From the human T2T-CHM13v2.0 reference genome, Homo sapiens, in NCBI RefSeq assembly GCF_009914755.1, contig NC_060929.1: a stretch of 64,000 nt of DNA. One strand, given 5' to 3'. The position numbers and the translations under genes were made by a program. This document shows positions 12,384 to 25,665 of the stretch, piece after piece. Below the pieces are notes generated by a model. That model did no database searches and was not told where the DNA came from. It was given only the letters and a program-made list of their open reading frames with translations. Numbering within the stretch: position 1 is the first letter of the stretch; every line of letters begins with the position of its first letter.

Positions 12384-13469
12384 TGACAAATATTTCAAAA
12401 ATAAAATGCCAAATTTTCAGTAAAAAAGATTAATATTAGAAGCACCATCTAAACTGGAACCTGTACCATCCTATTGCTTTGAAAGAGATGACAAGGAATG
12501 ATGTTTGATGCATTCTTCTAGGTACTCTGGGATGAAGTAGAGATGATAACCTCGGTCTCTGAAGACATTTAGATCTAGCATTACTAGGGGAAGGCGACAG
12601 TGAGGTTGGATAGCAAGGTTTATATTTGAAATGACAGAAAGATTCACGAGGTGACATAGTATCATCTGCTAAATGTTGTGATGCAGGCTAAATGGGAGGT
12701 AGCAGGTGAAAGAATTCAGGTTTCTTTAGAAAGCTAACTTTTTTGATAGAGTGAGATCTCACTCAAACTTTTAGTTTGTCATGATTACTAATAGAGGTAG
12801 TGTTTTCCTGTCCCTAGTAGAAAGGAAAGCAGAGCAGTACTGGACAATAACCTCTTTGACTTTTATTTCTTTCAATACTCTGTGGCCAATCTTGTGGCCT
12901 TTTGCATACTCCTAAGAAATGAAAATGGCTACTTTTTTTTTTCCTGATAAAGTACTACTAAGCTAACATGCATGATATGCCTGTAGCTCTCATTACCACA
13001 ACATCTTTTCTCTGCTGTGTTTTTCACTGAAGTTTAGAACTACAGGTTTGTTTCAGTTCCATTTTCTTAGCTTCTACTCAGCAAAAAGTAGCATATGACT
13101 TCTCCTTCCCAGGGATTTTCACTTTGGGACTGCTGTTGTCTCCCGGTCCACACTGCCTTTTACATTGTTCCCCAGCAATTATGCATTTATTGCAACATCT
13201 CTTAGGTCAGTTGTGTGGCTAACTCTAATGCTAGTTAATTCTTGGCAAAGGGATTGACCACATACAGGTGAACGAGCCATGGTCTGCATAGGGAAGGCCT
13301 TCATTCTGAATCTCAAGGTTTATTGCTTTCCAGGACATGGTCTTCTGTGCTCAGCTCTTTGAGAAGAGACATATTATGAAGAGATACTACCATAACCTTT
13401 TACTAGCAAACTGGTTGGAATAGCTCATGCTCTCTGGCAAGTGTCTTACCTTCTTGATGTCTACACCAA

Positions 13470-13880
13470 TCTGCTAGTAGTCTCTCCCAAAATATATTTC
13501 CTTTTTTCTATTATAATAGAATTTCAGTTGAACAACTGGAGCCTATAATCATACATATCTCTGCAGATAAGTGTGAATATGTGATCTAGTTCTCATCTAT
13601 GAAATATAAAAACATGAGAAAAAGTCATGTCCCTGAAAGGAAGATGCTTGACCTGGAATTCCTGTGTTTCTCCCCTCCTGTGATCTGGGACATGGGTATG
13701 ATAATGCCATATTGACCCTGCAGAAGAGGACAGTATTCCAGGTGATGCTGGAAATACCAGATGGGTGGAACCTGAGTACTTGAAAGGTTCATGGAGTAGA
13801 ACTGCCCCTGCTGTTGTATGAGAGAAAATTCTTTCTCATTTCAGCAACTATATTTATGTGTCTTTTTGTTCCAGAGGGCT
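13470..13880 (+). mobile_element. MLT1J-like LTR relic
   Basis: gccatattgaccctg ... ggaacctgagtacttga ... catggagtagaactgcc ... atgagagaaaattctttct. Confidence 0.6.
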
Positions 13881-13952
13881 TTGCCTTGGTGTTCCCATTT
13901 GAAAATGGAGAGGTGAGAAACCAAGATGTGCTTCCTAGGACCAATATTCTAG

Positions 13953-14274
<322 letters not shown>

Positions 14275-15504
14275 AAACTTTTTTTTCTTAATAAAATCTT
14301 CCTCATTCAGAGTCATGTCTACCTTTTTTTCCATTTTCTTATTATACATCCTTTTTCCTTCTGTTGTGATATCTGGGTCTCAATACTTTTCTTTTCGTTT
14401 ATGATTTAGTTTCCTGCTGGTTGATAATTAACTCATTATAGATATATGTCCAAGGGTATTCATTGTATACTTTATTTATGAAAGGTATAGTCTTTATCAA
14501 AAAGAAATATACTGAATAATGTGTAATAATATGGACAAAATGTTACAATCTCGGTAGTTGGTCTAATAATTCCTTTGTAGAGAGAGATAGACTTTGCTGA
14601 GAAAATGATTTGATAAGACCTCCACTGGAGAGAAATGAGTTTCTGGATTCCAGGTATGAGTCTGGACCCAGGTTTCACACAAAAATTGGAGGCTACTCTG
14701 TGTCATAAAATAATTTGATGATGGAGGAGAGAATTTTGGTTCAAATAAGGGAAAGGACGGGGTGAGAAAAATTAAAGACTGATTTACAGAGCAGCCAGAG
14801 ATTCTTGAGAGAAGCGTCATATGTCATATTTTTCCAAGTGAAATGCAATATATAGTAGGATATGAATCCTTCCTGTGAGTCCTAGATTTCCAGTTAGAAA
14901 AAAGGATCCAACAATATTCTTGGACTGTTTGGCTTTCTAATGGAAACTGATTAAAGGGCTTTGTCATGTTTTAAGGATGGTAGGATATTGAAAGTTATAA
15001 ACTGGGAATCAATCTCATTGGCTGCGATCACTAACACTGTAAAGATGAGAACTGGTGAATGCTCTGGCATGACTGCAGTGCCACACCCCTTGTGCCATTC
15101 ATAATTGAGCAGTCTTTCTGTTGGCCATTCAAGATTACAGAAGAAACCCAGCGGACTATTCCTTATTGCAGGCTTGGGTGTACATATCTACGCATTCAGA
15201 CTTGGGATAACACTGGATGAGGAGGTGGTGTTTTAGGGATTGTTTCTCTATTTTATCAAACTCATTTCCTACCCCATTTCCTCCAACAGGTCTGCAATTA
15301 TAGCTCTCCAATGCTGGCCATCCTTCATGGAGCCCTTCTCTGTTCAAGGAGAAACATCCCCTATTGGACTGTCTCTCTTTTTACTTTCTCTTGGGGTTCC
15401 TTGATCATCTTAACTATAACATTTTCAAATACATATTAATAGAGGTCCTGGATACAGCATACATGAGTCAAGTGGCTGGATATCAGGCTATAAGGAATGG
15501 AGTG

Positions 15505-15737
15505 GACAGTGGCAAACTGGTAAATTTATATCCTGGCTCAAGGGCAGCTGAGACTCAGCTCTAGCTAATTGCTGCCAGACATGAAAGTTGGCTAGAGTAG
15601 CCAGATCTGATATTCAACAGAACACACAAATTAGGAACTGCATGTGACACTTATTAATTTTATTACATTATACAATTAAAGAAAATGCCTCTCTGGGGCC
15701 AGAGTCAGTCCACAGACCAGCAGTTTATGACCCTTTG
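15505..15737. mobile_element. MER102-like hAT relic
   Basis: cagctgagactcagctctagctaattgctgcca ... gggccagagtcagtccacagaccagcagtttatgaccc. Confidence 0.55.
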
Positions 15738-18700
15738 TTTAACCCTCTCTTCTCCAAACTTACCCAATCTGCTACATACATTTAAAACTCTGGGTTGAAG
15801 AGGGGAGAAGAGAAGCCCTCCCTAAATTTAAGCTTCTGAGAAGATTATTTAAAAATCCATCAGCCAAGAATGACATCCTGCTGACAAGTCTTCTGCAGGC
15901 TGTTGTGCTAAATGTGTCATTTCAGGTTCACTAAGTTCTCAGACCCAGGAGTGACTAGGGACATGGAAAAGAGAGCAGTGATAATCAAACTCTCCATCCC
16001 TCCACATCTGGTAAACCTCCCTTTCCACAATGCCATGATTTTGTGCAATTAGGTAGGTAATTATCTGTTGCATCTCTTTTTCAATCTTATATACTTTGTT
16101 TTCCTGTAACTTCCTTCCATTCCAAGTAAGGGAAAGCATGAATGTATGTGTTGTGTGTGTCCTTGTCCTTTCATATACATAGATATCATAACTTGAAATT
16201 GGTCAGAAGGGGACGTTAATTATAAGAAAACAAAGGAACTTAAACACTTAGCAGATATTCAGATTTCCATGCATGGTTTGGGATTTTAAGGAGGTTTTCC
16301 TGAATTTCAAAGAACACAGCCTTCCCTCCTTCTGTGCTCTCCCTCTTTTTCCCCAGGGAAAGGAAGACTACTAGCCTGGAGGTTGGGGTAGGAAGGTATA
16401 TTTAGAATTGCAGGAAAAATCTGTAGTGAAAAGTAATAGAAGAACTTACAGCTATGAAATTCCAGACACAGAGATGAAATTAGACTAATATGTATATGAA
16501 TAAGGTGGTGTATATTGCCAGATAATATACCAAATGTAGTTTCTTGCTTTGTCAGGTCATTGATAAGTAGTTTACAGGATTTGAATCAATACTATTTTTT
16601 ATTTCTTCTAAAGATGCTAGATCATATTCTCTTACTCTACTGAAATGTCGTATCTAGCTAGTTGAAGAGTGGTTTTCATTTCTATAATAAAATTCTGGAA
16701 ATAATTACTTAGTTTCAGATGTGTGCAATATGTTAAGGCCAATATGCAGGGCTACTTCTTTTTTGAACAGTTTTGGAATCCAACTTTATTAAGTATGTCA
16801 TTTCTATGCCTTTGTTACATTCTTGTGTAATTTAAATAAGATGTTTAAAGTGCATTAAAATCATCTCACATGTGTCATCAATGGCAGGTTAACTTCATTA
16901 GATTAGCCCTAGTCAAGGCAACAGAATAGACTTGTGTTTTTCAATTATTCAAGTAAACAGCTAATGTACCAGGCATGGATTGAGCTGAACCAACGTATTA
17001 TTTGGCCTCTTCTCTCTGCTTCACTGCATATAGACAGATGGTTGTTTTGTATTAAATGACTTTTTACAATGCATTAATCTTATGCTAACATTCGTCATAG
17101 GAGAAAATGCAAGCATCCGTGAAATGGGATTTGGCGATATTAATTGTGGCCTTTCTCTTAGATGCCTTGGCTTCAGAGTGAATATTCATTTACAACTCAT
17201 GGAGAAAGGGATGCATCCTGGAATACTGACGTTTGGCAATTGTCAGATGAACTTTCTGCTTTCAGCATATTTTGTGCTCAAAAGTAGATTCTTTTTATTA
17301 TGAAATGTTTGAGGCAGGTATATGCCTTTTACGACTACCCATGTCTTCCTTCTCTCCTGCCCATAAGGTTTTCCCATTTTTATGCCTGCTCTTTGGCCTA
17401 ACTCCCCACATGTTCCCATGGATGACAAGAAAGATATGAGAGGGAGTCTCTTTTCATATTTAGGCTGTGTTTACACATTGGGTTAGACTTTGGATAAAGA
17501 TTGGAGGATTAGTAAATAGATATTTCACGTACTAGAAGAAGAGGGGCTTACTTGAAATGGGTTTAGAATTGTAATAAGATGAATTTAGGTGTCCTATAAA
17601 TAAGCTTTGTGACTATAGGGACTGTGAGAGAACAGAGTGCATTACTGATGGAGGGTTTGGGAGTTACTTTTGGAGGATATCTTTAAGAATATCATTATAA
17701 TAGATTAAAGACAAGGAGTTCATTTGGGAGCTTGGGGGCATGTTCCAGTCCTAAATATGGTTGTTATTTTATTTTCAAAGGTAACATCTTCAACAAGTTT
17801 TCAGACAGGTTTCTTTGTATGGGTATGACAGAAAATATATAATTATTCACTCTTTCTTTTAAATTAAAGTTTCACAAAGATGGCCTTTGCAAACACACCA
17901 AATAAGATCATCCATGCCTTTTTCTTTTTAGTTGGCATTTGATGTTGAGAATTTTAGCTAGGCTGAGTCAGTAGTTATTGTTTCAAATATTTATCACTGA
18001 CTTGAGAAACATATTTATAAAAGTTATATTCAAATAAAGCAAAATGTAAATAAAAGAATAAACCAAACATCCATGTATTTCCAACACTTACATGTATTGT
18101 ATTGTAAATGTAGTCTATATTTTTAATTTTTTTCATTTTCCTTACATACATACTCTGGTATAGACGGCAATATGCTGGTTTTATACATATATGCAGTTGC
18201 AAGTGTGGTTTCCTCTGCCGAGATTCTATACCTAAAAAATATTCTACACTTATGGTTCTATACCTAGAAAACCCCATAGTCTCTGACCAAAGGGTCCTAT
18301 AAATGATAAATAACTTTGGTAAAGTTTCAGGCTACAAAATAAATATACAAAAATCAGTTACATTTCTTTACACCAATAATGTCCAAGCTGAGAGTAAAAT
18401 CAAGAGTACAATCCCATTCACAACAGCCACAAAAAGAATAAAATACCTAGGAATACAGCTTACCAAGGAGGTAAATGATATTTACAATGAGAGTTACAAA
18501 ACACCACTGAAAAAAACCAGAGACAGCACAAACAAATGGAAAAACATTCCATGCTCATGGATAAGAAGAATCAATATTTTTAAAATGGCTACACTGCTCA
18601 AAGTAATTTACAGATTCAATGCTATTTATATCAAACTATGAATGCCATTTTTTACAGAATTAGAGAAGACTATTTTGAAATTCACTTGGAACTGAAAAGG

Positions 18701-19564
18701 AGCCTAACTAGCCATAGCAATTCTAAGTAAAAAGAACAAAGCCAGATGCATCACACTACTCAACTTCAAACTACATTATGAGGCTCCAGTTACCAAAACA
18801 GCATGGTACTGGTACAAAACCAGACACATAGATCAATGGAACAGGTTACAGAACAACTATATGATCTTCAACAAAGTCAACAACAACAAGCAATGGGGGA
18901 AAGACTCCCTATTCAATAAATGATGCTGGGATAACTGACTAGCCATATGCAGAAGATCGAAACTGGACTACTTCCTTGCACCATATAAAAATCAACTCAA
19001 AATGGATTAAAGACTTAAATGAAAACCTAAAACTACAAAAACCCCAGAAGAAAACTTAGGAAATACCATTCTAGACATAGGCCTTGGCAAAGATTTCATG
19101 ACAAAGTCTCCACAAACAATTGTAACAGAAACAAAAATAGACAAGTGAGACCCCAGAGTTTCTGCACAGCAAAAGAAACTATCAACAGAGTAAACAGACA
19201 ACCTATAGAATGGGATAAGACATTTGCAAACTATGCATCTGATAAAGGTCTAATATCCTGAATCTATAAGAAACTTAAACAAATTAACAAGGAAAAAACA
19301 AGCAACCCCATTAAAAAATGAGCAAAGGACACGAACAGACACTTTTCAAAAGAAGACATACAAGCATATGAAAAAAAAGTTCAACATCAGTAACCATCAG
19401 AGAAATGCAAATCAAAACCACAATGAGATACCGTCTCACACCACTCAGAATGACTATTATTAAAAAGTCAAAAAATAACAGATATTGGCAAGGTTGTGGA
19501 GAAAAGAGAACATTTATACACTGCTGGTGGGAATGTAAATTAGTTCAGCCACTGCAGAAAGCAG

Positions 19565-19989
19565 TGTATTAGGCTGTTCTTGCATTGCTATAAGGAAATA
19601 CCTGAGACTGGGCAATATTTAAAGAAAAGAGGTTTTTGGCTCAAGGCTCTGCAGGCTTGGAAGCATAGGGCTGGCATCTGCTTGGCTTCTAGGGAGGCCT
19701 CAGGAAGTTTACAATCATGATGGAAGGCAAAGGGGGAGTAGGCATGTCACATGGCAAAAGCAGAAGCAAGTGAGAAAGAGTGGAGGGGGGAGGTGCCACA
19801 CACTTTTGAACCACCAGATCTCGTGTGAACGCAGAGCAGGAGCTCACTTATCACCAATGGGATGGCCCAAGCCATTCATAAGAGATCCATCCCCATGATT
19901 CAAACACCTCTCACCAGTCCCCACCTCCAGCATTGGAAATGACAATTCAACATGAGATTTGGGTAAGGACATATGTTCAAACCATCTCA
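19565..19989 (-). mobile_element. MSTA-type MaLR solo LTR nested in L1
   Basis: tgtattaggctgttcttgcattgctataaggaaatacctgagactggg ... aaaccatctca; 425 bp; 5-bp TSD agcag/agaag. Confidence 0.92.
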
Positions 19990-20200
19990 AGAAGTTTGGA
20001 GATTTATCAAAGAATCTAAAAGATAACTACCATTTGACCCAGCAATTCCATTATTGGGTACATACCTAAAGGAATATAAATAATTCTTCTAAGAAGCCAC
20101 ATGCACCCATATGTTCATTGCAGCACTATTTACAATAGCAAAGATATGGAATCAACCTAGGTTCCCATCAACAGTGGACTGGATGAAAGAAGATGTTTAT

Positions 20201-20205
20201 ATACA

Positions 20206-20235
<30 letters not shown>
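20201..20235. repeat. (ATAC)n microsatellite inside L1
   Basis: About 8.5 perfect ATAC units. Confidence 0.95.
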
Positions 20236-20236
<1 letters not shown>

Positions 20237-20609
20237 GATGGAATACTATGCAGCCCTAAAAATTGAAATCATGCCTTTTGCAGCAACATGGATGTAGCTG
20301 AGGCCATTATGCTAAGTAAATTAATACAGGAACAGAAAATCAAATACTACATATTCTCACTTATACGTGGGAGTTAAACACTGAGTACACATGGAACCAA
20401 AGATCGGAATAATAGACATAGGTTCTTACTTGAAGGATGAGCATGTGGGAAGAGGGTGAAGGTACTCTTTAGTCACTTCCTGGGTGACTAAATCATTTGT
20501 ACACAAAACCCCAGCAATACGCAATTTACTCAGGTAATAAACCTGCACATGCACCCCTGAACCTAAAATAAAACTTGAAAAAAGATTTTAAAATATAAGA
20601 ATAAAAAGA

Positions 20610-20890
20610 AATAAGCTCAGACATCAGCACCTCCAGGAAGGCTCCCTGGATTCTATGCCCCTCGCCTCTGACACCATACTTAGGATCCTCTTATTGAGCT
20701 CACTATAGTTAGTTGTTCCATACTCAGTATTGAATGAATGAATATGGAATAGAAACATCACCTTTCTCCCATATTATATGATAAACTACAAGAAAACTGG
20801 AAATTTGTTTTATTCATATCCACATACCTAGCCACCAGCACCATGCCTGACATGTAGTAGATGCTCAATAGCCAAGTAGTGAATGAATGA
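20610..20890 (+). mobile_element. L2 3' fragment
   Basis: cacctccaggaaggctccctg ... catgcctgacatgtagtagatgctcaata ... tgaatgaatga. Confidence 0.75.
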
Positions 20891-21254
20891 CCATTTGTCC
20901 TTGAGGAGGTGAAGTTTTTATTTAAAGCATCTCTGGATCCACTGCGAGGTTCTGGATGTTCATCTCTTTTACTTCAGCATTTACTTAAGCTCTTATTTGG
21001 AGGTGCATTGAGTTATTCATTCTTCCTGGATCAAGAAAACAAGACCATGGCAGTAATGTCACCACTAAATTCTCATATTGCTTTGCCCAACTTGTGCATT
21101 TTTCACATGCTATTCCAAATATTGTTTCCTTTCTATTCAAAGCACCCACAATCCTCTGGTAGGGAGCTTCACATTGGTTTTCCTAATCTGCTCTGGCAAA
21201 ATAGTTTTGGCACTTAACTTCTACTCATTTCTTTCCTTACTGTTACCTCTGCAG

Positions 21255-21325
21255 AGAAGCAGAAACCTGCAAATTCACTGTCTGCAGATAAATGGGGCCA
21301 TTTCACCTTCCCTGGTACCTCACAG
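21255..21325 (+). ncRNA. Candidate spliced non-coding exon (71 bp)
   Basis: Branch-like cttaac, pyrimidine tract tttctttccttactgttacctctgcag|, perfect donor CAG|gtaagt. No transcript evidence available. Confidence 0.45.
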
Positions 21326-22360
21326 GTAAGTTTGAAAAGAGCAGAAGACGCATAGTTGAAGGGGACCTAGGGACTCTCTTAAATGATAAATGACGATTTA
21401 GAAAATTGCCCACCTTAGCTGTAAACTGTACTTACTGGGCAAGTTGAGGAATTAAACTGTCATCTTTCATCCTGTAGAGCTGACATTTCTCTGCGTCAGA
21501 GCTGCCATTTTGACCTTTCTTTTCACATTTTGTTGAGTTATTCACTCCCTGGCTCAGCTTTTTTGATTTGAAATATTCAGATCTACCTTTTTCACGGGAT
21601 GGATCTCTTGTTTTCTCCCTAGTCTTTTCTCATGCCACTGAACTGCATCATATGTTAATAAGCTTTTTACTGTGCTAAATTGCTTTGTTTCTGTAGCTGA
21701 TTTGAAGGCAAAAAGGCCCTAGAGGGTGAAGGAAAAAAAAAAAAGAAACATTCTAAAGTAATTAGAATGATTACAGCAGCTGAAAACATTGCTTTCCTAA
21801 AACTGCAATATTTTTTCAGGAGATTTTTTTTTTTCTTTTACAAAAGCCCATGAGGTACTAGGATTAGTGTTTGCAAAGCAAATGGTGGCTGGTAGTTTTT
21901 CATTATAGAGACGAATGAGAGTCATACATTGGAAATTTTAAAATGCATTATCATGACCAGCCATAGGCTTATCTTGCTCATCCTTTATTTGGTTTCAGTT
22001 ATGTCCTTTGCCTTCATGACCATCTGAGCCGAGGCTTAGCAGGCATTTCTGATGGGTTTGAAACACTTCGTTAAAAACCAATATTATAAAAAATACGTAA
22101 GAATCTATTCATTAAAAATGGTGAGTTGTAGACATCTTTTTGATCAGAAAAACCACAACAGTAAATGTGGCAGCTATGAATTAACACTTACAAATAGATG
22201 ATTTCCCCCAGTGAAATATTAGTCTTTGTGCAATGGAATAAATAGCAGTTTTTTTCCTGAGGAAAAGCTGAACTTAATTTTCAAGATGAGTGGGAGTCAT
22301 TGAAATGGGAGAGGATTTAAGATGGTGAGTTAATATATTTTATGCTCTTCTCTCATGCAG

Positions 22361-22490
22361 ATCAGGTAGCAAGTGATGGAGCATTTCTACGTGTATCCAA
22401 ACCTTTGCAAAATGGGTTGCCATCATTTCCTTGTAATGGATAGACAAAGTCCAGGCACTTCTTTGGCACCCTTATAGCTTTGAAAAGCTG
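22361..22490 (+). ncRNA. Candidate spliced non-coding exon (130 bp)
   Basis: Acceptor ttttatgctcttctctcatgcag|, donor CTG|gtaagg; stop codons in all three frames. Confidence 0.4.
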
Positions 22491-25166
22491 GTAAGGGGAT
22501 AGAACTGGAAGCTAAGGAAGAAGTGGGAAAGGAGCTTCGTCATTCTGTGTTTTAAATCCTTTCTCTGTTGTCTTCATCAGACATCTGACCAAAACGACAG
22601 CACTGTTGGCATTGCTGCTGAAATATACTAATACCTTACAATGAAGTTTTCAAAATAAATACATTTTTTCTAAGTAACTTTAACATAAAATTTTATTTAT
22701 TTTTTCATTATAGCGAAATAAAATTTTATTTATTATAACATTGTTTTATTACATCTTCCAAAGTACATTACCTATTTTGCTACCATTTTAAAACAAAATA
22801 TAGTAAACATAATTTAACCTCTTTCTGATGACTCAAGATAAATTTTACAAATATTCTATTGTTCCGTATTCATCATTAATGTTTGCACTATTATTTCTTT
22901 AATGTAGAGACCAAATGCTACAAAACAAATGAACTGTTGTGGTAATATTGGACAATTTTTAGGGTCTTATTTCTGGCTTCTAGCTTTTGTTTCCTAATGA
23001 TGGTCACTTGGCTATTCTTTAAAGTTTTAGGATGGATAAGTAGGTAATTAAGAGTATAAAATAGCATGTAAGGAAGAGTCAATATAATCTGTAGGATGAC
23101 CCCTTTCATGTAATGAAGTGCATACATTTTGTGATATTTATTTTGGATGTTTAGAAGCTCGTTCCCTTTTGGACTCACTGTTGGAAGTCTGACATTCAAA
23201 TAAGTGGGACATTATGGCCTGTATTTTGGCTAAAGGGGATAATGTCTGCAGCTGGAATAAACAATCAGCAAAGTCATAAATCATAATTTCCTTCACACTT
23301 CATTGTAAGATAATAATATATGAGCGAAAACTATTTTCCTCTATTATAGCTGTCACTAAAGGAAAATTTCCATTCAGGCTATAACCTCTCAATAAAATAT
23401 AAGGCACAAAAATTCAGAAAAATATATTTTTGTTTACTCGTAGATGCTGATGACTTCAGTGAAGATAGCATTGTTGCATAATGTCCACAAATCATTGATA
23501 ATAAAAATATAACCAAGAACATGACATATGCATTTGTTACTTGTATTTTTATATTTAATTTTAAATAGTCTTCAGTAACATGCTTGGGGCCAAGCCATGG
23601 GGATTTATTTTTCATGTCCTTCACATCCACTTCTACTTCTTCTGAGTGGTTTCTTCATTGACAGTGGGTGGAAGGGACCAAATATGGACCATATTTCTTT
23701 TTCACATGAAATATTTTCCCCCAGATGTTGCTTCATTGTCACTCCATTACTATAGGACAATTTTCTTTGCTTCCCCTTCTCACAATAGAAAATATGGCCA
23801 CTATAAGCTTTCAAGTTCATGTATTACTTGTCCAGCCATCTGGAAAGACTGAGTCAACTCTTGGTTCCAATCCCAAATTTGCAAAAATGTATATGTCTGC
23901 CTCTGGACCAATAAACTGCTTTGTAAGTAGGGCTCATGCTGCACAGATATGTTGGTCCCATTCAAATCATTTAAGAGTATGTGTGTCTTGTGGGGAGGAG
24001 GGGTGGTCCCTTAAAAAAAGAAGTGGTTCCTTACCACTTCCTTTTTGGCCTAACAGGACCTAATATTAACGTCTATTTTTAAAAGGCATCAAGATTGCCT
24101 TTTAAAAGTTTCACATGCCATCTACTCTTCATTAAAAATATTCATGGTAGAGAGTGAGGCTGAGCTATCTAGTAATCATTGCTTGGGATTTAAAATATTG
24201 TTCTTATGTTTTTCATGTAAGCTTGTTGCCACTCAGAGATATTATTTCCAGAAATGTGTAAAGACAGGATATGATAAAACAGATACGTGTATTAGATTGG
24301 CAGAAAAACTAAGTTAAGAGCAAGGCAAATAATCTTTAATCTCTTCTTTTCTACAGAGCTCAATAACTATTGACTTGCCCTCTCAGTTGATTGGAAAGGG
24401 CCCTCTGTTGTGAACTGAGTGTAGCTAGGGTGTGTACTTCATGCCTTCCGAATGGCAGCTCCATCACTAAAGCATCCCAGTTGCACAGTAACCAATTCCA
24501 GGGAACCCCAAATACTTTCATAAAGTTAGTAGCAAGAGGAGTTTCTTGAGATTTCTAGGCATTGTCAAAATACTGATGATTGGTCATTTAAGACTGGTAT
24601 ATTTTTTAGGTAGTTATTGACCACTCTATGGGTAGTACTGTGGATAGTACTGTGGTACTATGGTCACATTTGTTCTCTCTTTCTCTCTCTTTCATTTGTA
24701 CAGTTCCTACTTTAGACTCTGTATATGCTCATGACTGTGCAGTCCATTGTAAATACTCAATACATATTTACTAAGTGAACAAATATGTGTGTCTGCAATG
24801 ACAGGGAACACATTTCCATCTTTTTATATTCCCTGAATTTCTTAGCTTAATGCACTGCTTATAAGAGACGCTTAGTTAATGCATGTAGGTGAAGAAAAAA
24901 AGAATGAAAATTGGCACATTCCAGAGTGCTTTGATGGTTTATTTGGTAAAACAAAAAAACAAACAAAACAAAAAAAACAGCCATTCCTCAAAGACTCAGA
25001 ACTAACAATAACAACTCAGGCTCCATCAGTCTGAATGTGCTAATGCACATGAGAGTACTTGGTAAGCTTTAAAGTGGTATTATTGTTGTTGTAAAAGACA
25101 ACTCCAGGCTCACCCAACTAAAATAGCTTACATCTGTAGAGCCCTTTACCAATTACAAAGCACTTT

Positions 25167-25463
25167 TTTTTTTTGAGACACAATCCTCCTCTGTTGGGGT
25201 ACAGTGCAGTGGCTGGTTCATGGCTCACTGCAGCCTCAGTCTCCCAGGCTCAAGAGATCCTCCCACCCCAGCTTCCCAAGTAGCTGTGACTACAGGCATG
25301 CGCCACCTCACCAGGCTAATTTAATTTTTTTTTTTTTTTTTTTTTTGAGAGACAGAGTCTCACTTTGTTGCCGAGGCTGCTCTTGAACTCCTGGGCTCAA
25401 GTGATCTTCTGCTTCAGACTCCCAAAATGTTGGGATTACAGGCATGAGCCACTGTGCCCGACC
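25167..25463 (-). mobile_element. AluJ (Jo-like) inserted in a MIR
   Basis: ctcctgggctcaagtgatc and ctcactgcagcctc diagnostics; TSD caaagcacttt at 25156-25166 and 25464-25474; central linker expanded to a long T run. Confidence 0.93.
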
Positions 25464-25474
25464 CAAAGCACTTT

Positions 25475-25665
25475 CATGTATAGTGTCTTTATCATTTTCT
25501 CACAACCTCATGGTGGTGGTATTTTTGTTTTCTCCATTTTATAGATGAAGGAGCTCCTTTTTTGAGAAAAAATAAGTCATTCAAGGTCACATATTTAATA
25601 GTGAAGTCAAAGTTCAAGCTCTGGTTTTCTGAACCTAAGCCTGAGTTCCTTCCTCCACACTAGAA
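25475..25665 (-). mobile_element. MIR relic (host of the AluJ)
   Basis: ctcacaacctcatgg ... tccattttatagatgaagga ... tcaaggtcaca. Confidence 0.7.

Larger units (their letters stand above)
18221..20605 (+). mobile_element. L1PA15/16-type LINE-1, 5'-truncated (ORF2 C-terminal part + 3' UTR), interrupted by MSTA
   Basis: ORF 18303-18641 ([18 protein letters not shown]...[11 protein letters not shown]...WKNIPCSWI) is L1 ORF2. The 3' UTR ends aaacctgcacatgcacccctgaacctaaaataaaa plus an A-rich tail. Many stops and frameshifts. Confidence 0.95.

Noticed and set aside
18303-18641. L1 ORF2-like ORFs (also 35331-35690, 46132-46323, 49894-50130)
   Set aside because: Fragments of dead, truncated L1 copies, not genes.
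22685-22734. 17-bp AT-only direct repeat
   Set aside because: Low complexity.
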